From the NCBI GenBank assembly GCA_029067355.1, contig JAIEEQ010000011.1, positions 2,208-66,207 on the forward strand: a DNA stretch of 64,000 bases, written 5' to 3'. This document shows positions 37,877 to 48,043 of this stretch, piece after piece (within the stretch, counting starts at the first letter, position 1; every line of letters starts with the position of its first letter). Origin of the DNA: Anaeroplasmataceae bacterium (GTDB lineage Bacteria > Bacillota_I > Bacilli_A > Acholeplasmatales > Anaeroplasmataceae). The notes beneath the pieces are model-generated. The model had not been told where the DNA came from. It saw only the letters and a program-made list of their open reading frames with translations, and searched no databases. The translations under genes and the position numbers were made by a program.

Positions 37877-39505
37877 ATGAAGTATTTGAGAAAGGTATTT
37901 TTAGTTATGGTAGTAGCTCTTTTAGGTATGTGCTTTGGTTGCACAGAAAAGGACGGAGCCTATGGGAAACGCATAGAAGAGGATTTAACTACTACAAACA
38001 TTTTAGATGACAATTATAGAAATTATTATGAGATTTTTGTTCGCTCCTTTTATGATTCTGATGGTGATGGCATTGGGGATTTACAGGGAGTGATCCAGAA
38101 GCTGGATTATATAAAGGATTTAGGATTTACAGGAATTTGGCTTATGCCTATTAATTCCTCAACCTCCTATCATAAATATGATGTAACAGATTATTATACG
38201 ATAGACAAAAATTATGGAACGATGGAGGATTTAGAAGAGCTGATTTCTGAGTGTCATAAGCGTGGAATCAAATTGATTATGGATTTGGTTTTAAATCATT
38301 CTGGAAGCTCTAATAAATGGTTTTCAAAAGCAAAATCTGCTCATGAAAAGGTTATGGCTGGTTTACCTTTAACTGAAGATGAGCAGGGCTGGGATAGTTT
38401 TTATTGCTTCTATGATAATAAAAGCGACATTCCTAGCAGTAAGGTTTGCCAGCCAGTTAGCAATAAAGGGTATTTTTATGAATGTAACTTTTCATCTAAT
38501 ATGCCAGAATTCAATTTAGATAATGAACTAGTACATGAAGAGTTTCAAAAGCTGATGAAGTTCTATTTGGATAAAGGAATTGATGGATTCCGTTTAGATG
38601 CAGTGAAATATTATTATGTAGAAAGTCATGCAAAGAGTATTGAATTTTTAAAGAAAATTAACGCTTGGGCAAAAGCAATTAAACCTGATGCCTACATTGT
38701 TGGGGAGTGCTGGGATTCAGCAGATATTATTACTCAATATTATGGAAGTGACTGTGATTCGTTTTTTAACTTTACAACCAGTGCTAATAATTCTTCAAGT
38801 GGTGTTTTGAATTCTTTAAATTTAGATGGAAAGATGCTGAATCGGTATTATGATGCCTTGCTGAGTAATGTGGAAATGGCTGGAGAGGGTATCCCAGCTC
38901 CATTTCTAGATAATCATGATATGCCAAGATTTACGTCTAGTGCTAGTCCAAGTAAATCTAAATTTCAATATGCCTTGTTATCTATGATGAATGGAACAAC
39001 CTTTACCTACTATGGAGATGAGGTAGGAATGGTTGGAAGTAATGGAGGAAACAGACCAGACGAAAATGTTCGTATCCCAATTTTATGGGGAGAAGGGAAT
39101 GGGCTTGGTGATTGTAAAACATTATCTGCGGCAACAGAAAATGAATATCCTTATGCCTCTGTTAAGTATCAGATGGAGGATGAAAATTCCATTTATAGCT
39201 TTTATAAGAAATGTCTGCTAATTAGAAATCAGAATCCAGAAATTGCTAGAGGAAAGATTTCTTTAGTAGAAATGGATCGTGAAGATAAGAAGTTATTGTT
39301 TATTGAAAAGGAATATAACGGTAGTAAGATTGGCATTATTATCAATTTTTCACCAACAAGTAATTTAAATGTTGATTTTCAAAATGCTGGATTTACTAAA
39401 GTTGTTGGACAGCTAGTTGCTGATAGCTCAAAGGATGCCTATATTGGGTTACAAAAAAATAACAGCATTTTGTTACCGCCATATAGTATTGCAATTGTTA
39501 AGTAA
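37877..39505 (+). CDS. GH13 alpha-amylase-family lipoprotein (alpha-glucosidase/maltogenic-type)
   Basis: Lipobox MCFGC. The four conserved GH13 regions are present: DLVLNHSG, GFRLDAVKY, VGECW, FLDNHDMPR. Confidence 0.85.
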   Translation: MKYLRKVFLVMVVALLGMCFGCTEKDGAYGKRIEEDLTTTNILDDNYRNYYEIFVRSFYDSDGDGIGDLQGVIQKLDYIKDLGFTGIWLMPINSSTSYHKYDVTDYYTIDKNYGTMEDLEELISECHKRGIKLIMDLVLNHSGSSNKWFSKAKSAHEKVMAGLPLTEDEQGWDSFYCFYDNKSDIPSSKVCQPVSNKGYFYECNFSSNMPEFNLDNELVHEEFQKLMKFYLDKGIDGFRLDAVKYYYVESHAKSIEFLKKINAWAKAIKPDAYIVGECWDSADIITQYYGSDCDSFFNFTTSANNSSSGVLNSLNLDGKMLNRYYDALLSNVEMAGEGIPAPFLDNHDMPRFTSSASPSKSKFQYALLSMMNGTTFTYYGDEVGMVGSNGGNRPDENVRIPILWGEGNGLGDCKTLSAATENEYPYASVKYQMEDENSIYSFYKKCLLIRNQNPEIARGKISLVEMDREDKKLLFIEKEYNGSKIGIIINFSPTSNLNVDFQNAGFTKVVGQLVADSSKDAYIGLQKNNSILLPPYSIAIVK

Positions 39506-39519
39506 AGGAGAATAAGGTT

Positions 39520-42066
39520 ATGGCAGGATTAAGATTAGAGCATATATATAAGGTTTATCCTAATGGTACAAAAGCAGTATCTGATTTTACTATGGATATA
39601 GAGGATAAAGAATTTATTGTTTTTGTTGGACCTTCTGGTTGTGGGAAATCAACAACCTTAAGAATGATTGCTGGACTTGAGGATATAAGTGCAGGTGAAT
39701 TATATATTGGCGATAGAATTGTCAATGATGTTGAACCAAAGGATAGAGATATTGCGATGGTTTTTCAAAATTATGCGTTATATCCACACATGACAGTATA
39801 TGAAAATATGGCATTTGGGTTAAAGCTTAGACATGTACCCAATGCAGAAATACATGAAAAGGTATTATGGGCAGCACAGGTACTAGACTTAACAGAATAC
39901 CTTGACAGAAAGCCTAAGGCAATGTCAGGCGGACAACGTCAAAGAGTAGCTTTAGGTAGAGCTATTTTAAGAAATCCAAAGGTAATGCTTTTAGATGAGC
40001 CATTATCAAATTTAGATGCAAAGCTTCGTGCTCAAATGCGTAGTGAAATTGCGAAGCTACATGATCAGCTACAAACAACTTTTATTTATGTAACTCATGA
40101 TCAGGTAGAAGCTATGACATTAGGTACTCGAGTTGTTGTAATGCGTTTAGGACGTATCATGCAAATTGATACACCAAAGAATCTATATGACTATCCAAAT
40201 AATCTGTTTGTTGCAGGATTTATTGGCACTCCACAAATGAATTTCTTTCATGCAACCCTAACAAAGAAGGCTAGCATGATTCATATGGATTTTAAATGGA
40301 GTAAAGAAAGTTTAGAGATCCCTCAGGCTTTATTAGCAAAAGTAAAACCACAATATTTTGATGGTGAATCTGAGGTTATTGTTGGGGTAAGGTGTGAGCA
40401 TATTTCCTTAGATCCTGAAGTGGTTTCTAAATCAAAATATGTTTTGAATGTTCGGATATCTCATTTTGAGGAGCTTGGAAATGAAACCTTGATTTATGCA
40501 GATATTAACGAAGCAGGAGATGGCTTTACAGAATCCTCTACAAGAGTCATTATTAAAGGTACTTCAAACTATGGTTTGGTTAAGGGGGCTATTGCCAAAG
40601 CGGCAATAGATGTTACAAGACTTCATATGTTTGATATGGAAACAGAAAATACCATAAATCCAAGAATTCCTAGTGATAATTTAATTACAGGAAAGGTTTC
40701 TAAGGGTGTTTTAAAGCTGGGCACTTTATCTTATCCTCTTCCAAACGCTATTCATTTAACTGATGGGACCTATGATGTTTTGATACCAGCATCTGCAATA
40801 AAGCTTGGAAATGAATCGACCAATACCGCAGAGCTTGTTTCCTTAGAAAAAATTGATGGATTAAATATAGCTGGATTAGCTGTGGCTGATCAGCTATTGT
40901 TTACAACCACCAAAGAAGAAATGAAAGCCAATATGAGCTATTCATTAGAATTAGATTATACTCAGCTAGAGTTTAGACAGGAAGGCAAGGTGGTGCATTC
41001 TGCCATTTCTGAATTTGACAAGGTCAATGCAATTTTCTTAAATCATTCTACCGCAAAAGCCTTTGTAGGGGATACCTATGACCCAGTTGTGCAGGAACGC
41101 CTTCAGTCCGTTGATGATACCTTCTTGCCTCAAATTCAGGCTTTAAAAGAACAGTTTGAAATAAACTCTTTAGAGGCAAATAAAGTGGATTCTAAGGCTG
41201 TTATGGAACAAAAGAGGGCTGGAATAGAGGAGAAGAAAAAAGGTGTGGAACAAGAGATTGCCAAGCTTAAGGCTGAATTTAGTCTTGCAGAAAAAAGCCT
41301 AAAGGAAGAACATCTTCAAAAGAATGTAGAAATTACCCAAAAGGTAAATGAAACCTATGCCAAGATTAAAAATGATGAATTATCCGCCTTTGCTTCCTTT
41401 AAGGAAATGAACAAGGATCGTGATGCTTATCGAAAAAGAGCGGCAGAGATTCGTGACTTTAAATCTAATTTTGCTCTTGAAAAGAAGAACGAATTAGATA
41501 AGCAAATTAATTTAGAAGCCATTCGCTATGAAAGTGATCTCAATGCTTTAAAAGGAAATTATAAGCGTAATGTTGAGAGCTTAAAGAAGGAATATAAGGA
41601 TTATGTTTCAGAATGCCAAGATGCTGCATATCCATTAAAGAAGATAACAAAGGAATATCAGAAAAATTTAAAAGAGGTTAACAAGAAATATCAGGAAGCA
41701 AAGAATCTTGCAAATATTATTTTCTTCTTGAAGACAAATGACTTAGTAACCTTATGTACAGATGCTATTTCAAATAAGATGATTCAAAGTCTTGGGGTGA
41801 AGGTGTTTACAAAGCAATACTTGGTGGAAATACCCCATAATGCATATCAAGAAACAAAGGATGCTGGCTTAGAACTTCAGGTTAAAGAAATCTTAGATTA
41901 TGGAACACGAAAATATCTTCATTGTAATTTAGATGATGGAACTGGAATAAAAGATATCTATATGGAAACAGAGCGTACATCCATAGATTCTCAAACGATT
42001 CATGTGACCTTTGATGTAACAAAGATTCATATTACTGAAAAATCTATGGAAATTAAAATTTATTAA
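39520..42066 (+). CDS. MalK/MsmK-type sugar ABC ATPase with a C-terminal extension of about 460 aa
   Basis: GPSGCGKST, LSGGQRQR and LLDEPLSNLD motifs, plus a TOBE-like domain in the first ~385 aa. This is followed by additional beta-rich segments and a K/E-rich heptad-like region. Confidence 0.85.
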   Translation: MAGLRLEHIYKVYPNGTKAVSDFTMDIEDKEFIVFVGPSGCGKSTTLRMIAGLEDISAGELYIGDRIVNDVEPKDRDIAMVFQNYALYPHMTVYENMAFGLKLRHVPNAEIHEKVLWAAQVLDLTEYLDRKPKAMSGGQRQRVALGRAILRNPKVMLLDEPLSNLDAKLRAQMRSEIAKLHDQLQTTFIYVTHDQVEAMTLGTRVVVMRLGRIMQIDTPKNLYDYPNNLFVAGFIGTPQMNFFHATLTKKASMIHMDFKWSKESLEIPQALLAKVKPQYFDGESEVIVGVRCEHISLDPEVVSKSKYVLNVRISHFEELGNETLIYADINEAGDGFTESSTRVIIKGTSNYGLVKGAIAKAAIDVTRLHMFDMETENTINPRIPSDNLITGKVSKGVLKLGTLSYPLPNAIHLTDGTYDVLIPASAIKLGNESTNTAELVSLEKIDGLNIAGLAVADQLLFTTTKEEMKANMSYSLELDYTQLEFRQEGKVVHSAISEFDKVNAIFLNHSTAKAFVGDTYDPVVQERLQSVDDTFLPQIQALKEQFEINSLEANKVDSKAVMEQKRAGIEEKKKGVEQEIAKLKAEFSLAEKSLKEEHLQKNVEITQKVNETYAKIKNDELSAFASFKEMNKDRDAYRKRAAEIRDFKSNFALEKKNELDKQINLEAIRYESDLNALKGNYKRNVESLKKEYKDYVSECQDAAYPLKKITKEYQKNLKEVNKKYQEAKNLANIIFFLKTNDLVTLCTDAISNKMIQSLGVKVFTKQYLVEIPHNAYQETKDAGLELQVKEILDYGTRKYLHCNLDDGTGIKDIYMETERTSIDSQTIHVTFDVTKIHITEKSMEIKIY

Positions 42067-42089
42067 TCTTGCCTATAAGGAGGTAAAGT

Positions 42090-42734
42090 ATGAAGCGTAA
42101 ATGGAAAGGTGTACTTTTATTGGGAATTTTCTTACTACTTACAGCTGTAACAGGATGTAGTGATCATAAAACACCAATGAAAGGATACATATCAGATGAT
42201 GATGTTTACAAAATTGTTACTCAATTTGACGAAAACACAAGCTATACCAAATATGCTTATGAAGGAACATTAAATTATTTTGGATACGCAGATGAAATTG
42301 TACCGCAAACGATTAGCAAAAGAAATCAGGAATTTACAGATTCTTTAGACATTTATAGTGAAAAATGTGCTTCTTATTATTTGAGATTGCCTTTGCATAT
42401 CACTTTGACGAATTGGACGACAGATGCTTCTAATGGATTATCCTTGTCTACAAAGTATCAGCTTGAATCCAAGGTATATCGTCCTGCTGGACTAGATTCT
42501 GTTTACTATTATAACCGGGAGGGTGGAGGTTTTATTTTAAGAACCTTTGGTGTCAATAAGGCCCTTATTATAAAGAAGCCTAGTGATATTACCTGTCGTG
42601 CAAAATGGGATATAGAAATTGAATATGATGCGAACGGATATTTGGTTCGTGAAAGCTTTGCGACAGTAAATAAATCTGAAAAAAATAAAAGTGAGTGCTG
42701 TTATGGAGAAGCAACATATACCTATGAGAAATAA
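42090..42734 (+). CDS. Lipoprotein of unknown function
   Basis: AAGGAGG RBS and VTGC lipobox. Confidence 0.5.
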   Translation: MKRKWKGVLLLGIFLLLTAVTGCSDHKTPMKGYISDDDVYKIVTQFDENTSYTKYAYEGTLNYFGYADEIVPQTISKRNQEFTDSLDIYSEKCASYYLRLPLHITLTNWTTDASNGLSLSTKYQLESKVYRPAGLDSVYYYNREGGGFILRTFGVNKALIIKKPSDITCRAKWDIEIEYDANGYLVRESFATVNKSEKNKSECCYGEATYTYEK

Positions 42735-43449
42735 ACTAAGCTTGTTTGCTTTAGGCTTTTTAGGAGCTTTTGCTTTGACTTCCTGTGCCTTGCAAATACC
42801 AGATGGTGATATTAAGGAATTTGTTGAGCAAATTGATTTTGCTCATGCAAAAGAACAGGTTGTAACAGGGACAAGCTATATTCAAGCGATATATAGTGAA
42901 AATGACGAAGAAAAAGGTCGTATCTCTATAACAACACAAATTGATCAAAGTGATAAATATTATTTTTCTAGTACTGAAGCTAGTGGTAGCTATACAGAGG
43001 AATATAATTTTGAGCAACAACAGATTCTTTGTTATGCTGAAGAAGATACAATTCAGGCTTTTAAAAAAACGAATGAGAATTTTGAAGATGTTACATATAA
43101 CGTAGATGACCTTTATCAGCTGATATCCACTTTCTTTTATACAAAGGTAGAAGGTGGGTATCATCAGGGAGCTGTGTATTATGGTGATTATGTTGTTGCA
43201 AATTGTGCGAAATATTATCCTTGTTTTTCCTTGAATGAGAATAAGACGATTTTAACCTATGAGGTAAACACAGCTCAAAAGAATACAGAGGGTGATGAAA
43301 TTGTTACAATGCATCATTTTGAGATTGATGCTTATGGAATGATTTTGAGCCTTCATACAAAGTCTATGGTTATGGAAAAAAATATTGTAATTGATACTAC
43401 AATTGATTGCACCTATAATACACAAATTGATAAAAAAACAAAGCTATAA
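42724..43449 (+). CDS. Lipoprotein of unknown function
   Basis: The ATG at 42724 gives MRNKLSLFALGFLGAFALTSC (lipobox). Overlaps the upstream stop. Confidence 0.5.
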   Translation: MRNKLSLFALGFLGAFALTSCALQIPDGDIKEFVEQIDFAHAKEQVVTGTSYIQAIYSENDEEKGRISITTQIDQSDKYYFSSTEASGSYTEEYNFEQQQILCYAEEDTIQAFKKTNENFEDVTYNVDDLYQLISTFFYTKVEGGYHQGAVYYGDYVVANCAKYYPCFSLNENKTILTYEVNTAQKNTEGDEIVTMHHFEIDAYGMILSLHTKSMVMEKNIVIDTTIDCTYNTQIDKKTKL

Positions 43450-43461
43450 GGAAAGGAGTGT

Positions 43462-46146
43462 ATGGTTTTGAAAAGAAAGAAAATATTGTCATTTTTCCTT
43501 TGCTTGCTTATGGGATTTACTTTAGTGGCTTGTAATGAAAATACAAATAAGGAACCTGATGATCCAGGAAAGGATAAACCAATAGAGCCTGAATTACCAA
43601 TTACAGATGAGAATTTGGGTTTTGCTATTCATTATGATCAAACAACAAAAACGAACGATACATACAAATATAATCTATGGTTGTGGGAAAATGGCAAAGA
43701 TGGTGGAGATTATCAGTTCAATGGAGAAGATAGCTATGGAATTGTAGCTAGATATCAATGGACTGAATTTTCTACAACGGCATATCAAAATGGTATAGGA
43801 CTGATTGTGAAGGAAAATAAGCCTTGGTCAGAAAATCCTGTCAAGGATGGAGATGGTGATCGCTACATTGATTTTTCCGCTTTGACTAAAGATGCTTACG
43901 GGTACTATAACATTTATTTGAAATTTGGAGATAAGACGATATACACAAGTGCTGATGGAGAGGTTAATGAAATGATAAGTGCATTTAGTTTAGCCTACAA
44001 CAAGGTAAAGGGATTCCAGATTTGGTTTCAAACAAACAAGGATTTCAAGAACTATGAAATCACACTAGGAGATAAGGTTGTTTTCTCTGACACTGTTGGA
44101 ACAGATAAAATTGAATCTCAGTCTGAAAGGAGAATGGTATTCTCTTTGGGACAAGAGCTTCCTTCTATTTTAGAGGAATATCATTTAAAGGTTATTTTTG
44201 AATCAGGGAAAGAAATGACCAAGATTGCGGATAATTCAACATTATTCTCTACTCAGGCATTTGAGGATGCTTATACCTATACAGGAGAACTAGGAGCCAT
44301 TTATGCAAAAGAAAGCACAACCTTTAGAGTTTGGTCGCCAGTTTCTACTCAAATGAAGCTTCGCATTTACAATACAGGTACACCTGCTAGCTTGGGTGGA
44401 AGTGATGTTCATCAGGAATATCCTATGATACAAGGAGAAAAGGGAACTTGGGAATTTGTATATAATGGAGATTGTGAAGGGAAATATTATACCTATGTTG
44501 TAACGAATTCCACCTACAAGAATATGGAAGTTGTAGATCCTTACGCAAAATCCACTGGAGTTAATGGCTTAAGAGGAATGGTTGTAGATTTTTCTAAAAC
44601 AAATCCTGAGGGCTGGGATCAGGTAGAGATTCATGATTATGCAGCAACAGGATTAACCGTATATGAAACGCATATTGCAGATTTAACCTCTAGTGCAACC
44701 TGGGGTGGAACAGCAGCAAATGCTAAGCTTTATAAAGGGTTTTATGAATCAGGAACTACCTATACAAAGGGTGGAGTTACTGTATCTACGGGCTTTGATC
44801 ATATTAAAGAGTTGGGCGTAAATGCTGTCCAAATCTTACCTATATTTGATCAGGCAAATGAAGAGCGTGTGGGAAAGCGTACGTTTAACTGGGGATATAA
44901 TCCATTAAATTATAATGCATTGGATGGAATTTATTCAGAGGACCCAACAGATGGCTATGTTAAGATTAGAGAATTTAAAAGTCTAGTACAAGCCTATAAC
45001 GAGGCAGGAATCAACATCATTATGGATGTTGTATACAATCATGTTGCGGGTCTTGAAAAATGTAATTTTGATGTTTTAATGCCAAAATATTATTTTAGAT
45101 ATACATCAGCAGGAGCTTCTAATGGCTCAGGCTGTGGAAATGAAACAGCATCAGAAATGGCAATGTTTAGAAAATTTATGATTGATTCAACAGAATTCTG
45201 GGCAAGTGAATATAAGCTTGGAGGCTTCCGCTTTGATCTTATGGGAATTCATGATGTTGAAACAATGAATCAGCTTGCTAAAAATTTGCATGAGAATGTA
45301 AATGATTCTATCACGGTTTATGGTGAACCTTGGGCTGGCGGAACCATTGCGTTAACCACAGGAACAGCAGCTTCCCAAGCTGCAATGAATAGTTATCAGG
45401 GCTATGGATGTTTTAATGATAAGATGAGAGATGCTCTTATTAAAGGAGGGCTTAATTCTAATAGCAGTAAGGGCTGGATTACCAATTCAACGAAGGTGGC
45501 AGCAAGCGATATAACGGATATTAAATCAGGTATAAGAGGATTAGTTCTTTCTGGTAATACAAAATGGGAACCAGAAAAGTGTGTCAATTATGTTACCTGC
45601 CATGATAACTATACCTTATATGACCGTATTAAGGCTGCTGGTATAAAGGATGAGGATATGATTCTTAAAATGGCGATGTTATCCAATTCAGTTGTTTTCA
45701 CATCACAGGGTATAACCTTTATGCTTGCTGGAGAAGAATTCTTAAGAACGAAAGGTGGAAACGAAAATTCTTACAATGCCTCTTATAAGGTAAATGAGCT
45801 AGATTATTCATTAAAGATAAAGAATTTGACTTTATTTAAGAATTATCAAAGGCTAATTGCTTTAAAGCAAAATACAAATCTATTTGGTAAGAGTGGGACA
45901 GATTGTAAGAATATAGACGTTACTACAAATTCTGACGGAAGTATGATTATGTATGACATCGTTGATACAGTAAAGAATTGTACCTATCGGATTGTTCATA
46001 GCAATGGTGTTTCTGCTAGTGATAAAGTAGTTAATTTAGAAGGATATTCATTATATTTAGACACATTAAATTTACAGGGATTGTCCTTAACCGCTAACAC
46101 AGTAATCAGCAATTATCAAACAATTATTGCATTCAAAGCAAATTAA
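43462..46146 (+). CDS. Type I pullulanase (GH13) lipoprotein with N-terminal carbohydrate-binding modules
   Basis: LVAC lipobox. FNWGYNPLNY (YNWGYDP-type), MDVVYNHV, GGFRFDLMG, YGEPW and YVTCHDN motifs. Confidence 0.9.
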   Translation: MVLKRKKILSFFLCLLMGFTLVACNENTNKEPDDPGKDKPIEPELPITDENLGFAIHYDQTTKTNDTYKYNLWLWENGKDGGDYQFNGEDSYGIVARYQWTEFSTTAYQNGIGLIVKENKPWSENPVKDGDGDRYIDFSALTKDAYGYYNIYLKFGDKTIYTSADGEVNEMISAFSLAYNKVKGFQIWFQTNKDFKNYEITLGDKVVFSDTVGTDKIESQSERRMVFSLGQELPSILEEYHLKVIFESGKEMTKIADNSTLFSTQAFEDAYTYTGELGAIYAKESTTFRVWSPVSTQMKLRIYNTGTPASLGGSDVHQEYPMIQGEKGTWEFVYNGDCEGKYYTYVVTNSTYKNMEVVDPYAKSTGVNGLRGMVVDFSKTNPEGWDQVEIHDYAATGLTVYETHIADLTSSATWGGTAANAKLYKGFYESGTTYTKGGVTVSTGFDHIKELGVNAVQILPIFDQANEERVGKRTFNWGYNPLNYNALDGIYSEDPTDGYVKIREFKSLVQAYNEAGINIIMDVVYNHVAGLEKCNFDVLMPKYYFRYTSAGASNGSGCGNETASEMAMFRKFMIDSTEFWASEYKLGGFRFDLMGIHDVETMNQLAKNLHENVNDSITVYGEPWAGGTIALTTGTAASQAAMNSYQGYGCFNDKMRDALIKGGLNSNSSKGWITNSTKVAASDITDIKSGIRGLVLSGNTKWEPEKCVNYVTCHDNYTLYDRIKAAGIKDEDMILKMAMLSNSVVFTSQGITFMLAGEEFLRTKGGNENSYNASYKVNELDYSLKIKNLTLFKNYQRLIALKQNTNLFGKSGTDCKNIDVTTNSDGSMIMYDIVDTVKNCTYRIVHSNGVSASDKVVNLEGYSLYLDTLNLQGLSLTANTVISNYQTIIAFKAN

Positions 46147-46289
46147 TTTATTTGTTATAGATGCAAATCTATAATTCAATAAAAGGTTTTGTCCTTTCCT
46201 TTAAAAAAGGATGGTGTTAGGACACGCCAATTTGAAGCTTTTAAAGCAGTTCTAAAAATCTTTTGAATTTAATTAAGGAGGAAAGAAAA

Positions 46290-47891
46290 ATGAAAAAGAT
46301 TTTAAGAAGCTTCATTTTCGTACTTGCAGGCTTGCTTACCGTAGTTGCTCTTGCATCTTGTGGACATTCTCATAAGTATGAATATGAAAGTGATAACACA
46401 AAGCATAGACAGGTGTGCGAGGAGTGTGGAGATGAACAGGAATGGGAGGCTCATACATGGGGAGACTGGGTGGTAACTAAGGAAGCTACTGAAGATGAAA
46501 AAGGATCCCGTATGCATGCTTGTACAGCGTGTGGCAAGGAAGTATCAGAGGATATTAGTGAGAAAGAACCTGCAACAGGTGTTGCAACAGAGCTAACAGC
46601 TGTATATGCACAGGTACCTGCTGATTGGGAAGTAGCTAATGTTTATTACTGGAATAATCTTACAGGAGAGGAAAATACTTTACCTGATGACTATAAGGTA
46701 GTATGGCCTGGAGTTGAAATGACATTGGTTGATGAAACAACTCATCTTTATGGATTCAAGGTTCCTGCTGGTGTGAATATGCTTATTTTCAATAATGGAG
46801 ATGCTCAAACAGTAGATATTAAGCTTGCTTTAGCTAAGAATCTATATGTATTAGATACTGAGGCTGAAGACCAAAAGAGCATTAGTATTTCTTATAGAGC
46901 CTATACTCCTAAGGATACTGATCCTGTATTAGGAGAGCCTGTTGTTACAGTAATTGAAAGAATTACTCTATATGCTCAGCTTCCTGCTGAATGGGCAGCT
47001 CAAAAAATTCATTACTGGGGCTTAGAAGAAACTAAATGGCCAGGAGCAGATATGGTTGAGGTTGATGCAGAGAACCATATCTATAAGCTTGATAACTTTA
47101 TAACAAGCTCTGGATTTATTTTAAATAGTGGTGATGGATCTCAAACAGAAAACCTTGCTTTAATTGAAGGCAAAGATATTAACATTATTATTGTAGCAGA
47201 AGATAATACAGTATCTTATGGTAAATATGAAAATGGTGTAATTACTCCAGTGGAGGTTGAAACAGCTTTTCCTGATGTTTATGTCCGTGGAGATATGAAT
47301 AGTTGGGCTGCAAAAGATGAGTATAAGCTAGTTGTTGATGGAAATAAGGCTACACTTGAAATAAGTATTTTAGCTGGTAAATCTTTTAAAATTGCTGATG
47401 CAAATTATGGTAAACAATTTGGATATGTAGATACTCTTGGAGAAGAATTTGAAAATGGCGGTGGATTAGGCGCTGCAAATATTACCTGTGTGGTTTCTGG
47501 TAAATATCGTATTGTTCTTGATAATCTTGATGGGGAGCCAACATTAACTATAACAAGAATTGGTGATTCTGAGATTGAAGAGGAAGATCATACCATAACT
47601 GAGCTTTACGTTGTTGGTTCAATAAATTCTTGGACTAAGAGTGATGATCACAAGTTTACTATTGCTGATGACACTGCAACTATTGAATTAACATTAGCAG
47701 CGGATGATGAATTCAAAATTTTTGATGGAAGCTGGGATCATAATTGGTCAACCTTTGGCTATGTAGATAGCTTAGGAGAAGCATTCGCTAATAACAATGG
47801 CAATATTAAAGTTGTTACTGCTAATACCTATGTTATTACCATTTCTGGACTAAATACAAATCCAGTATTAAGTATTCAAGCAAAGGCTTAA
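46290..47891 (+). CDS. Non-catalytic surface lipoprotein with tandem starch-binding-like modules
   Basis: LASC lipobox and a CxxC...CxxC segment. Two YAQ(V/L)PA(D/E)W...Y(Y/H)W...WPG...M modules (CBM25/26-like) and two Y(V)xG(D/S)(M/I)NSW modules. Confidence 0.6.
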   Translation: MKKILRSFIFVLAGLLTVVALASCGHSHKYEYESDNTKHRQVCEECGDEQEWEAHTWGDWVVTKEATEDEKGSRMHACTACGKEVSEDISEKEPATGVATELTAVYAQVPADWEVANVYYWNNLTGEENTLPDDYKVVWPGVEMTLVDETTHLYGFKVPAGVNMLIFNNGDAQTVDIKLALAKNLYVLDTEAEDQKSISISYRAYTPKDTDPVLGEPVVTVIERITLYAQLPAEWAAQKIHYWGLEETKWPGADMVEVDAENHIYKLDNFITSSGFILNSGDGSQTENLALIEGKDINIIIVAEDNTVSYGKYENGVITPVEVETAFPDVYVRGDMNSWAAKDEYKLVVDGNKATLEISILAGKSFKIADANYGKQFGYVDTLGEEFENGGGLGAANITCVVSGKYRIVLDNLDGEPTLTITRIGDSEIEEEDHTITELYVVGSINSWTKSDDHKFTIADDTATIELTLAADDEFKIFDGSWDHNWSTFGYVDSLGEAFANNNGNIKVVTANTYVITISGLNTNPVLSIQAKA

Positions 47892-48043
47892 TTATTATAC
47901 GTATAAAGTAAGGGCTTATAAGGACTATCCTTTAGGCCTTTTCTTTTTTCTCTAGCTAAAAGGTTTTTGATTCTTGAAATGAAAATTATTTTACTAATTT
48001 AAAAAAAGTGTTATAATACTAAGAGATAAAAAGGAGGAAGCCT

